Positions 1 to 10,012 of a stretch of DNA of 32,000 nucleotides are shown here, in pieces. The stretch comes from Caldimicrobium thiodismutans (GTDB taxonomy: Bacteria > Desulfobacterota > Thermodesulfobacteria > Thermodesulfobacteriales > Thermodesulfobacteriaceae). Below the pieces are notes generated by a model. The model was given only the letters and a program-made list of their open reading frames with translations, did no database searches and was not told the DNA's origin. The first letter of the stretch is position 1. Each line of letters opens with the position of its first letter. The stretch covers positions 1,782,953-1,814,952 of the forward strand of contig NZ_AP014945.1 in assembly GCF_001548275.1 (NCBI RefSeq). The letters are read 5' to 3'. The translations under genes and the position numbers were made by a program.

Positions 1-86
1 CATTAATGTGTTAGCATCCCTGTCATCTAATAATAAAGAGATTATTCTTAGAAGGAAGTGAACTTTGACAATTTTGTTTTTTCTTG

Positions 87-114
87 TTGAAGTTTTTTAA
101 GGTTCTGGTATATT
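87..114 (+). promoter_or_regulatory. Candidate sigma-70 promoter upstream of the ppiD-like gene (TTGAAG-N16-TATATT with TGg extended -10)
   Basis: TTGAAG at 87-92, a 16-nt spacer, then TGG+TATATT at 106-114, about 27 nt upstream of the ATG at 141. Motif match only. Confidence 0.3.
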
Positions 115-140
115 TATAAAAATCCTTATGAGTTTTAAAG

Positions 141-1934
141 ATGTTTGAATTTCTTAGAAAAGGCGCAACTTCCCTTTTTGCCAAGATCTTTTTGGCAATC
201 ATAATTATTGTTTTTGTCTTCTGGGGTATCGGCTATTTTGGTACATCCGATAGAAATCTGGTAGCCGAAGTAGATGGAGAGAAGATTAACCTTAAAGAAT
301 TTCAAGAGTATTATAATTTTAAGTTTTTTCAGTTAAAACAGGCCTTCGGAGAGGTCTCAAGCGAAGATCTTAAAAAAATGAGATTCAAAGAAATGGCTTT
401 GCAAGAGCTTATTAGAATAAAGCTTACCCAAAGAATTGCCCAAGACCTTGGCTTAAAGATAACCCAGGAAGAGATAAACTTGGCTATTTCGCAGCTTCCC
501 TTTTTTCAGCAAGAGGGAAGGTTCAATCCCTCAGCTTATCTTGCCTTTTTACGGGAGATGGGGTTAACTCCTGCCACCTTTGAGAGGATCCTTAAGGCAG
601 ATCTCCTTGAGCAAAAATTAAAAGGTCTTTTAATAGCTCCAATTCTTGTCTCCCAGGATGAAGTTCTTGAATTTGCAAAATTTTATCATCAAAAGATTAC
701 CCTCCAGGAATTTATCCTCACAATGGAATCCTGTCAGAGAGAGGTCAAGGGGGATGAAAAGGCTTTAGAAAGTTATTTCAATGCCCATAGAGATCTTTAT
801 GTGGAAGAGGAAAAGATAAAAATCGCTTATTATATAATTCCCTTTACCGGGGAGGTTGAGGTTTCAGAGGAAGAGATCAAAAACTACTATGCTCAAAATT
901 TAAATCGATTCAGGGAACCCTTTAAAGTAAAATTGAGAAGAATCGTTATTCCTGGGGTTGATGCCAATGCTGAGAAGAAGGCTCAGGAAATAAAAACTCA
1001 GATAAAGGATCTAAAGGATTTTGCAGTTTTTGGCTCTAAGACCTCTGAATGGTTTGAAGATCAGGCGCTTTCTCAGGAACTAAAAAACATTTTAAAGTTA
1101 GCCAAAAAAGGAGATATCTTAGGTCCTTTAAAGACCTCTCAGGGATTTACTATCCTTGGAGTTGAAGAGGTTCAACCTGAACGAGTGGCAAAGCTTGAAG
1201 AGGTAAGAGATAAGATTGTGAGTGAAATAAAAAAGGTTAAGCTCAGGGATAGGGCAAAAAATCACGCTAATGCAATTTACACAAAAGTTGTGGCTGAAAA
1301 TGGGCTGACTAAGTGGGGTGAAAAAAATCAGATCAAACTTGAGGAAACTGGATATCTTACTCAGGAAGAACTTGCCAAAATTTTTGCCTCTCGCGAAACC
1401 GCTAATAAAATTTTTAAACAAGGAAAGGGTGATTATTTCTCTCCCCTTGAGACCGAAAAGGCTATTTATTTAGTTGAGATACTGGATAAGAAACCCAGGA
1501 GAAATCTGTCCTTTGAAGAGGCAAAGGAAAGGGTTAAAAATGATTACTTAAAGGAAAAGGGAAGAGAACTCTGTGAAGGAAAGGTAAAGAGCTTTTTGGG
1601 AAAGGCAAAAGGGCAGGGGAATCCTATTCAGATAGCCCAAGAAATGGGTTTTAAAGAAGAGACCAAAGAGATTTTGAGAAAGGATTTACCTGAGAAATTA
1701 ATTCAACGAGGACTCCCTGGTTTAATAGAAGAACCTATTATAACAGAGGAAGCTATAAAAATTTATTACCTTCAACGGATTGAGAATTCTCAGCAGACCT
1801 TCAGCTTAGAGGAATTACATACCCTTCGCAGTCTTTTACTTGAGAAAAAGAGAGAAGAGGTCTTAAAGAAGTATTTGGAAGGCTATCAAAAGAGGGCAAA
1901 GATTAAGGTTTATCCTCTTTTTCAGCAGATTTAG
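141..1934 (+). CDS. ppiD: PpiD-like periplasmic folding chaperone / parvulin-type peptidyl-prolyl isomerase with N-terminal membrane anchor
   Basis: 597-aa ORF. The N-terminus ([33 protein letters not shown]) is the typical PpiD signal-anchor. It is followed by a SurA-N-like region and a degenerate parvulin segment (KLRRIVIP...[21 protein letters not shown]). Confidence 0.75.
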   Translation: MFEFLRKGATSLFAKIFLAIIIIVFVFWGIGYFGTSDRNLVAEVDGEKINLKEFQEYYNFKFFQLKQAFGEVSSEDLKKMRFKEMALQELIRIKLTQRIAQDLGLKITQEEINLAISQLPFFQQEGRFNPSAYLAFLREMGLTPATFERILKADLLEQKLKGLLIAPILVSQDEVLEFAKFYHQKITLQEFILTMESCQREVKGDEKALESYFNAHRDLYVEEEKIKIAYYIIPFTGEVEVSEEEIKNYYAQNLNRFREPFKVKLRRIVIPGVDANAEKKAQEIKTQIKDLKDFAVFGSKTSEWFEDQALSQELKNILKLAKKGDILGPLKTSQGFTILGVEEVQPERVAKLEEVRDKIVSEIKKVKLRDRAKNHANAIYTKVVAENGLTKWGEKNQIKLEETGYLTQEELAKIFASRETANKIFKQGKGDYFSPLETEKAIYLVEILDKKPRRNLSFEEAKERVKNDYLKEKGRELCEGKVKSFLGKAKGQGNPIQIAQEMGFKEETKEILRKDLPEKLIQRGLPGLIEEPIITEEAIKIYYLQRIENSQQTFSLEELHTLRSLLLEKKREEVLKKYLEGYQKRAKIKVYPLFQQI

Positions 1935-1978
1935 ATACTGATTACTTAAAAAACATCTTTTACCATCAGGGAGGAATT

Positions 1979-4900
1979 ATGCCTAAAAGAGGAGATTTAA
2001 AGAGTATTCTGATAATAGGATCTGGGCCTATTGTTATAGGCCAGGCCTGTGAGTTTGATTATTCCGGAAGTCAGGCTTGTAAAGCCTTAAGAGAAGAGGG
2101 TTATGAGGTAGTTCTTGTAAATTCTAATCCTGCAACCATAATGACAGATCCTGAAATGGCAGACCGCACCTATATTGAGCCTCTTATTCCTGAAGTCCTT
2201 GAATACATCATTAAGGAAGAAAGACCCGATGCCCTTTTACCTACCCTTGGGGGACAGACCGGGCTTAATCTTGCCTTTGCTCTTGCTAAAAAGGGAGTTC
2301 TTGAAAAATATGGGGTAGAATTAATTGGTGCTAAAGCTTCTGCCATTGAAAAGGCAGAATCAAGAGAACTTTTTAGAAAGGCAATGGAAAATATTGGGCT
2401 TAAGGTCCCAAAGAGTGTCATTGTGCATAGTCTTTCTGAGGCAGAAAAGGCTGTAAAAGAAATTGGATTTCCTGTAATTATCAGACCCAGCTTTACACTT
2501 GGAGGAACAGGGGGAGGGGTTGCATACAACATTGAAGAATTAAGGGAGATTGTTTCTGCAGGCCTTGAGGCCTCTCTCATTCATCAGGTCATGCTTGAGG
2601 AATCGGTGCTTGGTTGGAAGGAGTTTGAACTTGAAGTGATGAGGGATTTTAAGGACAATGTGGTTATCATCTGTTCAATTGAAAACTTTGATCCCATGGG
2701 GGTTCATACAGGGGACTCCATTACAGTAGCTCCTGCTCAGACTTTAACTGATAGAGAATATCAAAGAATGAGAAGTGCAGCCCAGGCGGTGATAAGAGAG
2801 ATAGGGGTTGAAACAGGGGGATCAAACATTCAGTTTGCTATAAATCCCAAAAACGGAGAGATGGTTGTTATTGAAATGAATCCAAGGGTTTCAAGATCAT
2901 CTGCCCTTGCCAGTAAAGCCACAGGATATCCCATTGCAAAGATTGCAGCCAAACTTGCTGTAGGTTATACCCTTGATGAACTTGCCAATGATATCACCAA
3001 GGAGACAAGAGCTGCCTTTGAACCAACCATTGACTATGTGGTGGTAAAAATTCCCCGCTATACCTTTGAAAAATTTCCAGAAACCAAAGATGAGCTTACT
3101 ACCTCCATGCGCTCTGTTGGTGAAACCATGGCCATTGGAAGAACCTTTAAAGAGGCCTTGCAAAAGGCTATAGCTGGCCTTGAGATTGGAAGATATGGCT
3201 TTGGAGCAGATGGTAAATCTCCCTCAGATCATGATGAAGTCTTACCAAGAGAACTTATCATCGAAAAACTTGCAAGACCAAACAGCCAGAGACTCTTTTA
3301 CATAAGAGAAGCCTTTAAGGCAGGTTTTACCATAGAAGAAATTTATAAACATTCCTATATTGATCCCTGGTTTCTCTATCACCTGAAAGAGCTTTTTAAT
3401 ATAAGTGAGACCTATAAAGGGAAAAAACTTGAAGATCTTACAGAAGAAGATTTCATGGAGCTAAAGCAAAGAGGTTTTACTGATTATCAGATAGCCTTTT
3501 TAACTGGTTCCACTGAGTTAGAGGTAAGAAAAAAAAGATTAGCTCTTGGGGTTAAACCTACATACAAGCTCATTGATACCTGTGCAGCGGAATTTGAGGC
3601 TTATACTCCCTATTTTTATTCTACCTATGAAGTAGAAAATGAATCAAGGGCGCATTTAAGTAAAAATAAAAAAGTTATTATTATTGGAGGAGGCCCAAAT
3701 AGAATAGGGCAGGGAATAGAATTTGATTATTGCTGTGTCCATGCCATTAAAGCCTTAAGAGAACGGGGTTATGATGCTATTATGATAAACTCCAATCCAG
3801 AGACAGTTTCTACTGACTATGATGTTTCCACAAGACTCTATTTTGAACCTCTGACCTTTGAACATGTTCTGAATGTTTATGAAGAGGAAGATCCAATAGG
3901 TGTTATTGTTCAGTTTGGAGGGCAAACCCCTTTAAATCTGAGTGTCCCTTTATTTAGGGCGGGGGGAAGAATTCTTGGAACTTCACCTGAAAATATTGAC
4001 AGAGCTGAAGACAGAGAGAAATTTGAGGCTCTTTTAAATAAACTTAATCTCAAGAGACCCAAGGCAGGTGTTGCCCTAACTGTTGATGAGGCCTTTAAGG
4101 TGGCATCTTCTATTGGATATCCTGTTCTTGTTAGGCCCTCTTATGTGCTTGGCGGAAGAGCCATGAGAATTGTTTACTCAGAAGAGGAACTCTCTGAATA
4201 TATAGAGACTGCCGTTAAAGTCAATCCTGAACATCCTGTTTTAATTGATAAATTTTTAGAGGATGCAACAGAAGTTGATGTGGATGCCCTTTGTGATGGT
4301 GAGAGGGTTGTAATAGGGGGAATAATGGAACATATTGAAGAGGCAGGGATTCATTCCGGGGATTCTGCCTGCTTTTTACCTCCGGTAAATCTTTCCAAAA
4401 AGGTGCTTGAAGAGATTAGAGAGGCCACTTATAAACTTGCCATGGAGCTTGAGGTAAGGGGGCTAATTAATATTCAATTTGCAGTAAAGGATGAGGAAGT
4501 ATATGTGCTGGAAGTGAATCCAAGGGCCTCAAGAACAGTTCCCTTTGTTTCAAAGGCAATTGGCGTTCCCCTTGCAAAGATTGCAACCTGGATCATGCTT
4601 GGAGAAACCTTAAAGGAAATTGGATTCACCAAGGAGATTATTCCAAAATATTATTCTGTGAAAGAGGTTGTTTTTCCCTTTAAGAGATTTCCAGGGGTTG
4701 ATGTTATGCTTGGTCCAGAAATGAAATCAACAGGTGAGGTAATGGGGATTGACTGGGAACCTTCTCTTGCCTATGCAAAAGCACAGTTTGCAGCAGGAAT
4801 GAGACTTCCCTTTTCTGGTAAGGTTTTTATCTCTGTAAAAGATGAGGACAAACCCCTAATGATTGATATTGCCAAAGGACTTGAGGAGATAGGGTTTGAA

Positions 4901-5236
4901 CTTCTTGCAACCTCAGGAACAGCAAGATATTTAAAGGAATTCAATATCAAAGTTAATGAAGTTCCTAAAATTTCCGAAGGGAAAAGACCTAATATTCTTG
5001 ATTTTATTAAAAATAAAGAGATTGCTCTTATGATAAATACTGCTAAGGGTAAAACAAGTAAGCTTGATGCCTATCTTATCAGACGCTATGCTATGGAGCT
5101 TGATATTCCCTATGCTACAACTATTGCCGGTGCAAGAGCCATGGTTTGCAGTATAAGAAGATTAAAAGAAAAATCCTTTTCCTATGCCCCCCTTCAAGAG
5201 TATTATAAAACACTGGATTATCAATTTTACAAATAA
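1979..5236 (+). CDS. carB: Carbamoyl-phosphate synthase large subunit
   Basis: 1085 aa with two ATP-grasp halves ([21 protein letters not shown]... and [22 protein letters not shown]...), an oligomerisation domain and a C-terminal MGS-like domain. GGGAGG SD lies 5 nt upstream of the ATG. Confidence 0.97.
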   Translation: MPKRGDLKSILIIGSGPIVIGQACEFDYSGSQACKALREEGYEVVLVNSNPATIMTDPEMADRTYIEPLIPEVLEYIIKEERPDALLPTLGGQTGLNLAFALAKKGVLEKYGVELIGAKASAIEKAESRELFRKAMENIGLKVPKSVIVHSLSEAEKAVKEIGFPVIIRPSFTLGGTGGGVAYNIEELREIVSAGLEASLIHQVMLEESVLGWKEFELEVMRDFKDNVVIICSIENFDPMGVHTGDSITVAPAQTLTDREYQRMRSAAQAVIREIGVETGGSNIQFAINPKNGEMVVIEMNPRVSRSSALASKATGYPIAKIAAKLAVGYTLDELANDITKETRAAFEPTIDYVVVKIPRYTFEKFPETKDELTTSMRSVGETMAIGRTFKEALQKAIAGLEIGRYGFGADGKSPSDHDEVLPRELIIEKLARPNSQRLFYIREAFKAGFTIEEIYKHSYIDPWFLYHLKELFNISETYKGKKLEDLTEEDFMELKQRGFTDYQIAFLTGSTELEVRKKRLALGVKPTYKLIDTCAAEFEAYTPYFYSTYEVENESRAHLSKNKKVIIIGGGPNRIGQGIEFDYCCVHAIKALRERGYDAIMINSNPETVSTDYDVSTRLYFEPLTFEHVLNVYEEEDPIGVIVQFGGQTPLNLSVPLFRAGGRILGTSPENIDRAEDREKFEALLNKLNLKRPKAGVALTVDEAFKVASSIGYPVLVRPSYVLGGRAMRIVYSEEELSEYIETAVKVNPEHPVLIDKFLEDATEVDVDALCDGERVVIGGIMEHIEEAGIHSGDSACFLPPVNLSKKVLEEIREATYKLAMELEVRGLINIQFAVKDEEVYVLEVNPRASRTVPFVSKAIGVPLAKIATWIMLGETLKEIGFTKEIIPKYYSVKEVVFPFKRFPGVDVMLGPEMKSTGEVMGIDWEPSLAYAKAQFAAGMRLPFSGKVFISVKDEDKPLMIDIAKGLEEIGFELLATSGTARYLKEFNIKVNEVPKISEGKRPNILDFIKNKEIALMINTAKGKTSKLDAYLIRRYAMELDIPYATTIAGARAMVCSIRRLKEKSFSYAPLQEYYKTLDYQFYK

Positions 5237-5299
5237 AACTTTTCAATTCTTAAGATTAGATTATTTTTTATTTTTAATTCCCCTTTTGATGGAGGCTAT

Positions 5300-5758
5300 A
5301 TGAAAGAAGAGACTTTGGAGGAGAAAAAATATGTAAAGAATTTTAAAAATAGATCCAGAGGAGAGGGGGAATGGAAGAAAAGGCATAGATTTTGTGAAGT
5401 TGAGAGTGGGGAAGGGGGCTTTGCCCTTAAAGGAAGAATCTGGATTGATGGGCCTGAAGGAACCTTTCTTGGTTTTGGAAGGGCTATTCTTCTTGAAAGA
5501 ATTAAAGAGTTTGGTTCCATTTCTGCTGCAGCAAGATCTATGAAGATGGCTTATAAACAGGCATGGCAACTTGTTGATTCCATGAATAAACAGGCAGGAA
5601 CTCCCCTTGTGGAAACCTTTATAGGTGGAAAAAGAGGCGGAGGAGCAAAATTAACTGAGGCTGGAGAGAAAACTTTAAAAGCATTTTGGACCTTTTATGA
5701 AGACTTCCAAAAATTTTTAAAAGAGGAAAAAAAGAAAATTTTTTCAATCTTCCTCTAA
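5300..5758 (+). CDS. modE: ModE-family transcriptional regulator, N-terminal winged-helix DNA-binding domain only (no Mop/TOBE di-domain), with a charged ~38-aa N-terminal extension
   Basis: Core GRAILLERIKEFGSISAAARSMKMAYKQAWQLVDSMNKQAGTPLVETFIGGKRGGGAKLTEAGE matches the ModE N-domain signature (GSIS.AA...SY..AW......N........GG..GGGA.LT..G). GGAGG SD lies 4 nt upstream of the ATG at 5300. The gene is adjacent to modABC. Confidence 0.7.
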   Translation: MKEETLEEKKYVKNFKNRSRGEGEWKKRHRFCEVESGEGGFALKGRIWIDGPEGTFLGFGRAILLERIKEFGSISAAARSMKMAYKQAWQLVDSMNKQAGTPLVETFIGGKRGGGAKLTEAGEKTLKAFWTFYEDFQKFLKEEKKKIFSIFL

Positions 5759-6832
5759 TACAAAAATTTTTTCCTTAGGTAGAGTAACTGTTATTTTTTT
5801 AGAGGGTCTTAAATTTATTTTATTTAAGGCATAGTCAGGCAAAATTATCTCAATTGCTTTTTTGCTGTAAAGGGGCTTAAATCTCACCCATGTTTTAGGC
5901 CCAAAGGGGTAAATCTCCTCAACTATCCCCTCAATGAGATTTTCCTTTTTTGAAGGAAGATCTGGCCTAAGAATTATAATCTCCTCCTCTCTTATGCCAA
6001 ATTTAATCTGTGAAGAAGAAATTTTAAGAATCTTTTCTCTGGGAAGGGTTATTTCTTTATTTATCTCTTCACAAAAAATAGTTGCATCTTTATGATCTAT
6101 TTTTTTGATTATACCGTTAAATATATTTTTAATTCCAAAATAAGAAGCAACTTTTATATTTTTTGGTTCTCTATAGACCTTCTCCTTGGTATCACTTTGA
6201 AGGATTTTTCCTTCTATCATAACAGTGACATAATCGGCCATGAAAAAGGTTTCCTCAAGGTCATGGCTTACCATGAGGATGGTTAAACCTAAGGTTTTTT
6301 GTAGTTCTTTGAGGAGTAGCCAGAGTTCTCTTTTCAGACCTTCATGGAGGGAAGAAAAAGGTTCATCTAAGAGAAGATACCTTTGCCCTGAAGCAAGGGC
6401 TCTTGCAAGGGCTACTCTCTGGCGCTCACCTCCACTTAAAAAGCTTGCCTTTTTCTTGAGAAGATGGGAAATTCCAAAGGCTTCAGCAAGTTCAAAAGCA
6501 AATCTTATTCTTTCTTGCTTATTTTCAACTTTTCCAAATTTTATACCATAGGTAATATTTTCTTCCACAGTAAGATGAGGAAAGATGGCAAGATCTTGAG
6601 GCACATACGAGAAACCTCTTTTATGGACAGGAAGATGGGAAATATCTTTTCCCTCAAGAAAAATACTTCCTTGGGACACTTTTTTAAAGCCAAGAATGGC
6701 TTCAAGAAGAGTAGTTTTTCCACACCCTGTTGGTCCAATAAGAAGATGGCAGCTACTAGAAGGAACAGTGAGATTAATTTCTTTAAGAGAGAAATCTCTG
6801 TATTCAACCCAAAGATTCTCTACTTGAATCAT
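5744..6832 (-). CDS. modC: Molybdate/tungstate ABC transporter ATP-binding protein with C-terminal TOBE-like domain
   Basis: 362 aa with Walker A GPTGCGKTT, signature LSGGERQRVALARAL and Walker B LLLDEPFSSL, plus a C-terminal ~120-aa extension as in ModC. Its ATG immediately follows the modB stop (TAAATG). Confidence 0.85.
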   Translation of the reverse strand: MIQVENLWVEYRDFSLKEINLTVPSSSCHLLIGPTGCGKTTLLEAILGFKKVSQGSIFLEGKDISHLPVHKRGFSYVPQDLAIFPHLTVEENITYGIKFGKVENKQERIRFAFELAEAFGISHLLKKKASFLSGGERQRVALARALASGQRYLLLDEPFSSLHEGLKRELWLLLKELQKTLGLTILMVSHDLEETFFMADYVTVMIEGKILQSDTKEKVYREPKNIKVASYFGIKNIFNGIIKKIDHKDATIFCEEINKEITLPREKILKISSSQIKFGIREEEIIILRPDLPSKKENLIEGIVEEIYPFGPKTWVRFKPLYSKKAIEIILPDYALNKINLRPSKKITVTLPKEKIFVLEED

Positions 6833-7606
6833 TTAAAGAATCTCTTTTTTATTAAAAAGTCTTACTGAGTAAAGGGTTAGAAGCCCTATGATGATTAAAA
6901 TTAAAATTAAAGCCACCGTTCCTTCAATATCTGCGCTTGCAAGTCTCATAAAGATGGCAATGGGGAGGGTTTCTGTTTTAAAAGCCATAGTGCCTGCTAT
7001 GGTTATAGTTGCTCCAAATTCTCCAAGAGCCTTTGCCCAGGTAAGAATACCAGCTGCTACAAGGCCTCTTTTACAAAGGGGAAGTGTAATGGTAAGGAAG
7101 GTTCTGGCAGGACCTACTCCTAAGGATAAAGCTACTTCTTCATACCTCTTTGGTATTTCGTCCATAGCAGCCTTAATAAGTCTTGTAGAGATACCAAGAA
7201 CAGTTATAAATTGGGCGAGAATAACTCCATAGGCAGTAAAAACAAAAGACACTAAGTTTTCTTGAATCCAGACTCCAAGGGGGGTATTAAAAAAGATAAG
7301 AAGCATAGCTCCAAGGGCAGAGGGTGAGACAATCATAGGTAATTCAAGAGTAGTATCGATAAGATTTTTTCCTTTAAAATTAAATCTTGAAAGGGCATAG
7401 GCTGAGGGAATAGCAAAAATTAAAGCCAAGATAGTGGCTAAAGTTGCAGAGATAAAGCTTAATTTTATGGAAAAGAGAGTGCGTTTTGAAAGGAGGCTCT
7501 CCAAGAAGAGAGAGCCCCTAAAAAAATATAAAAGAGAGATTATCAAAATAATGTAAAGGCCAAAGATGGATAGAGCAGAAAAAAGGACAAGTCTTTTAAA
7601 TCTCAC
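6833..7606 (-). CDS. modB: Molybdate ABC transporter permease
   Basis: 257 aa, multi-pass membrane protein with the EAA-type loop of the CysTW/ModB family (ALSLGVGPARTFLTITLPL). The GTG start overlaps the modA stop (GTGA). Confidence 0.85.
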   Translation of the reverse strand: MRFKRLVLFSALSIFGLYIILIISLLYFFRGSLFLESLLSKRTLFSIKLSFISATLATILALIFAIPSAYALSRFNFKGKNLIDTTLELPMIVSPSALGAMLLIFFNTPLGVWIQENLVSFVFTAYGVILAQFITVLGISTRLIKAAMDEIPKRYEEVALSLGVGPARTFLTITLPLCKRGLVAAGILTWAKALGEFGATITIAGTMAFKTETLPIAIFMRLASADIEGTVALILILIIIGLLTLYSVRLFNKKEIL

Positions 7607-8460
7607 TTTTTAATCCACTCTGTAGGAACAATGTATTCTCCGCCTACAGGCTTTTTTCCGCCTATCCAGGAAAAGGCCTCATCAGGGGTCATAAAATAGT
7701 GATATTTTCTAAATATAGCCTTTCCCTCTTTAGAAAGGACAAAATCTATAAACTTTTGAGCAAGGTCTCTATTTTTAGTAAACTTTGAGATGGCAATGGG
7801 AATATAACCAATGCGAATGATTTCCTCTTTTTTGAGTGGTATAGTTTCAATCCTATAAGGATCCCAGTGTTCAAAGACCCTCCAACCAATCACCGCATCT
7901 ACTGTTTTAAGAGAAATAGCAGTGGCAGTTTTTTCACAACTTTCTGTATAATTGACCAGGTTTTTTCTAAATCTTTCTTTTTCTTCTGGGGTAAAGTTTT
8001 TCTCTATAATTTCAACGGCATAGGCTCCTACACAGACTCCCTCTGGATTGGCTATAGCAACTTTAATTCCAGGTCTTGTAAGATCTTTAAGAAATTTTAT
8101 CTTTTTGGGGTTACCCCTTTGAACATTGATGGCAGGAACAAGGTAAACTACCTTTTGCTCTGTTTCTGGAAAAACAGCTCCTTTTTTCTTAGCAAGTTCC
8201 ATGTAATCTGAAGATCCTGGGAAGTAAATATCACCCTGTTTGGATAGAAGCATTTGAGAAAGAACATAGCCCGATCCACCAAAAATAATATCTACTTTTA
8301 CACCATATTTTTTTTCAAAGGCTTTGGCTACCTCCTCAGTAGGAGGTTTGCTTGCAGCTCCTGCATAAATAAGAAGCCTCTCTTTGGAATAGCCCAGGTT
8401 AACCTTAAATACACCTAAGGAGAGATAGAAAAGTAAAAGAAACACCCCAATCCCTCTCAT
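7603..8460 (-). CDS. modA: Molybdate/tungstate ABC transporter periplasmic substrate-binding protein
   Basis: 285 aa with an N-terminal signal peptide (MRGIGVFLLLFYLSLGVF). It has ModA-like segments (LLIYAGAASKPPTEEVAKAFEKKYGVKVDIIFGGSG). It is the first gene of the modABC arrangement, with a GGGAGGAG SD upstream. Confidence 0.8.
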   Translation of the reverse strand: MRGIGVFLLLFYLSLGVFKVNLGYSKERLLIYAGAASKPPTEEVAKAFEKKYGVKVDIIFGGSGYVLSQMLLSKQGDIYFPGSSDYMELAKKKGAVFPETEQKVVYLVPAINVQRGNPKKIKFLKDLTRPGIKVAIANPEGVCVGAYAVEIIEKNFTPEEKERFRKNLVNYTESCEKTATAISLKTVDAVIGWRVFEHWDPYRIETIPLKKEEIIRIGYIPIAISKFTKNRDLAQKFIDFVLSKEGKAIFRKYHYFMTPDEAFSWIGGKKPVGGEYIVPTEWIKK

Positions 8461-8491
8461 AGGACTCCTCCCATTTGTTTTTTGTTTTAAG

Positions 8492-8515
8492 CGTTATATA
8501 TCTTAGTCTATAACG
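8492..8515. promoter_or_regulatory. ModE-box-like operator: CGTTATATA-N6-TCTATAACG
   Basis: CGTTATATATCTTAGTCTATAACG fits the enterobacterial/deltaproteobacterial ModE consensus CGnTATATA-N6-TATATAnCG with one mismatch. It overlaps the -10 element of the modA promoter. Confidence 0.6.
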
Positions 8516-8528
8516 AAAATTTTGTCAA
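8500..8528 (-). promoter_or_regulatory. Sigma-70 promoter of modABC (TTGACA-N17-TAAGAT)
   Basis: On the minus strand, a perfect TTGACA (8523-8528), a 17-nt spacer and TAAGAT (8500-8505), about 40 nt upstream of the modA ATG. Confidence 0.55.
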
Positions 8529-8597
8529 GGGATGTATTTAAAATTACTTTTAATTTTGTGTTTATACAGCTTAAGAAAAAGGGGTAAGCTTTTAGGA

Positions 8598-9359
8598 TTA
8601 GCTGAGATAGAGGATTTCTCCAGTGTTGACTTTTATGATTTCTCCTTCACTTTCAAGAAAAAGAGCCCCTTTTGAGTCAATGGAGATAGCGTTACCTATA
8701 AGCCCTCCTTCCTCATCTGTATTGTAATGATAATAAACGCATCTTCCCAAGGTATCAGAATATTTTTTAAAGTCCTCAATTATGGGATTTGATAAAGCTT
8801 CTCCATAATAGAGGTCAAGATCAAGAGTCCAAAGTATTTGATAATAGGAGTTAAAATACTTAATGAAGAGGGCAAGAAGTTCTTTAAGGGAGACTTCCTT
8901 TTTTATAATCTCTTTAAGACTAATAGCTGGAAGATGGGCAGGGGGATTATTATTTACATTTATTCCAATTCCTATGATTATCCAATCTTTCCATCTTTCC
9001 ATGAGGACTCCAGCCAGTTTTCTTCCCTGATAATGAAGATCGTTAATCCACTTTAAAAAGACCCTTTCTCCTCCCACAGTTCTTACAGCCCTGGTAAGGG
9101 CAAGTCCCACTGCTATTCCAAGTAATCCTTCTCTTTCAGGCAAGAGTTCATCATAAAGGGTTATCACCAGCCAGAGGCCTCCTTTTTTAGCATACCACCT
9201 TCTTTGAAAGCGGCCCTTGGCCTTTAAAACTTCACCTATCCAGAGAATTCTTCCATGAGCTGTGCGAGGATAGAGTTCAATGAGTTCTTTGGCTTTATCC
9301 ATCCCCCTATCAAGGGATGGATAATACCAGATTTCTTCTCCAATTATTAAAGGGACCAC
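8598..9359 (-). CDS. birA: Biotin--[acetyl-CoA-carboxylase] ligase, group I (no N-terminal HTH)
   Basis: 253 aa. KWINDLHYQGRKLAGVLME matches the BPL catalytic motif KWPNDL...RKLAGIL, including the catalytic Lys. The biotin loop is divergent (AKGRFQRRW instead of GRGRRGRKW). The GTG start overlaps the upstream gene by 13 nt. Confidence 0.8.
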   Translation of the reverse strand: MVPLIIGEEIWYYPSLDRGMDKAKELIELYPRTAHGRILWIGEVLKAKGRFQRRWYAKKGGLWLVITLYDELLPEREGLLGIAVGLALTRAVRTVGGERVFLKWINDLHYQGRKLAGVLMERWKDWIIIGIGINVNNNPPAHLPAISLKEIIKKEVSLKELLALFIKYFNSYYQILWTLDLDLYYGEALSNPIIEDFKKYSDTLGRCVYYHYNTDEEGGLIGNAISIDSKGALFLESEGEIIKVNTGEILYLS

Positions 9360-10006
9360 TCCTCTTTTATGCGCTGGATTATTTTCTCAAGATGGGGTAA
9401 ATCTTCAACCGGACAGAGGCCGAGAAGAGGTGAACCAGTCTGAATGAGCTCAAAAGGCTTAAAATAGATTTGATAGATGATAAAACTTCCCTTTTCCTTA
9501 AGATAAATAGGGGTTTCTCTTTTCATAAAGGTCATAATGAGAAGTTCTTCACCCTCATTAACAGAGGTCTTCCCAAGGCCCTCCTTTTCAACCCTTCTTG
9601 TAAGCTCAGGGGTTAATATATAACGCGCTGTTTCAGGGGCACTAATAATATAAAGGGCTGATAGTAAAATTTCCGCAATCACCTCTTCCTGAGAAAGGGG
9701 ATGCCTTATCTCAAGAATCTTTTCTCCTGCCTCAACGAATTTATTCAGAAGATCTGTTCTTATCCCTATGGCTTGGCCACTATAATTTGCCCGAATGAGT
9801 TTGGGATTTTTTTCTCTTTCAAGAACAAAAAGAGGGGTGCCTGGTTTTTCAAGCCATTTTCCAGATGGACCCTTTACTTCTTCACCTTCTTTAATTTTAA
9901 ATTCAATTATTTTTCCCGTATGGGGAGTAATAACGGGATAGATTTTAAAAGGGTTAGCCTTCAGGCGTTGTAAAATCTTGGTTAACTGGACAAAGTCAAT
10001 TTTCAT
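9347..10006 (-). CDS. Hypothetical protein; candidate atypical biotin-carrier with two degenerate biotinyl/lipoyl-type domains
   Basis: 219-aa ORF packed between the carboxyltransferase gene and birA. Two segments follow the biotinyl-domain pattern, with Lys in the MKM position: res 25-100 (VITPHTGKI...GTPLFVLEREKNPKLIRANYSGQAIGI...VEAGEKILEI) and res 130-197 (ILTPEL...VNEGEELLIMTFMKRETPIYLKEKGSFIIYQI...IQTGSPLLGL). The coding call is solid; the function is inference. Confidence 0.45.
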   Translation of the reverse strand: MKIDFVQLTKILQRLKANPFKIYPVITPHTGKIIEFKIKEGEEVKGPSGKWLEKPGTPLFVLEREKNPKLIRANYSGQAIGIRTDLLNKFVEAGEKILEIRHPLSQEEVIAEILLSALYIISAPETARYILTPELTRRVEKEGLGKTSVNEGEELLIMTFMKRETPIYLKEKGSFIIYQIYFKPFELIQTGSPLLGLCPVEDLPHLEKIIQRIKEEWSL

Positions 10007-10012
10007 AAAGTT

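Noticed and set aside
8568-8590. Hairpin AGCTTA-N11-TAAGCT just downstream of birA as a possible terminator
   Set aside because: It has only 6 bp, an 11-nt loop and no U-tract on the birA (minus) strand. That is too weak to call.
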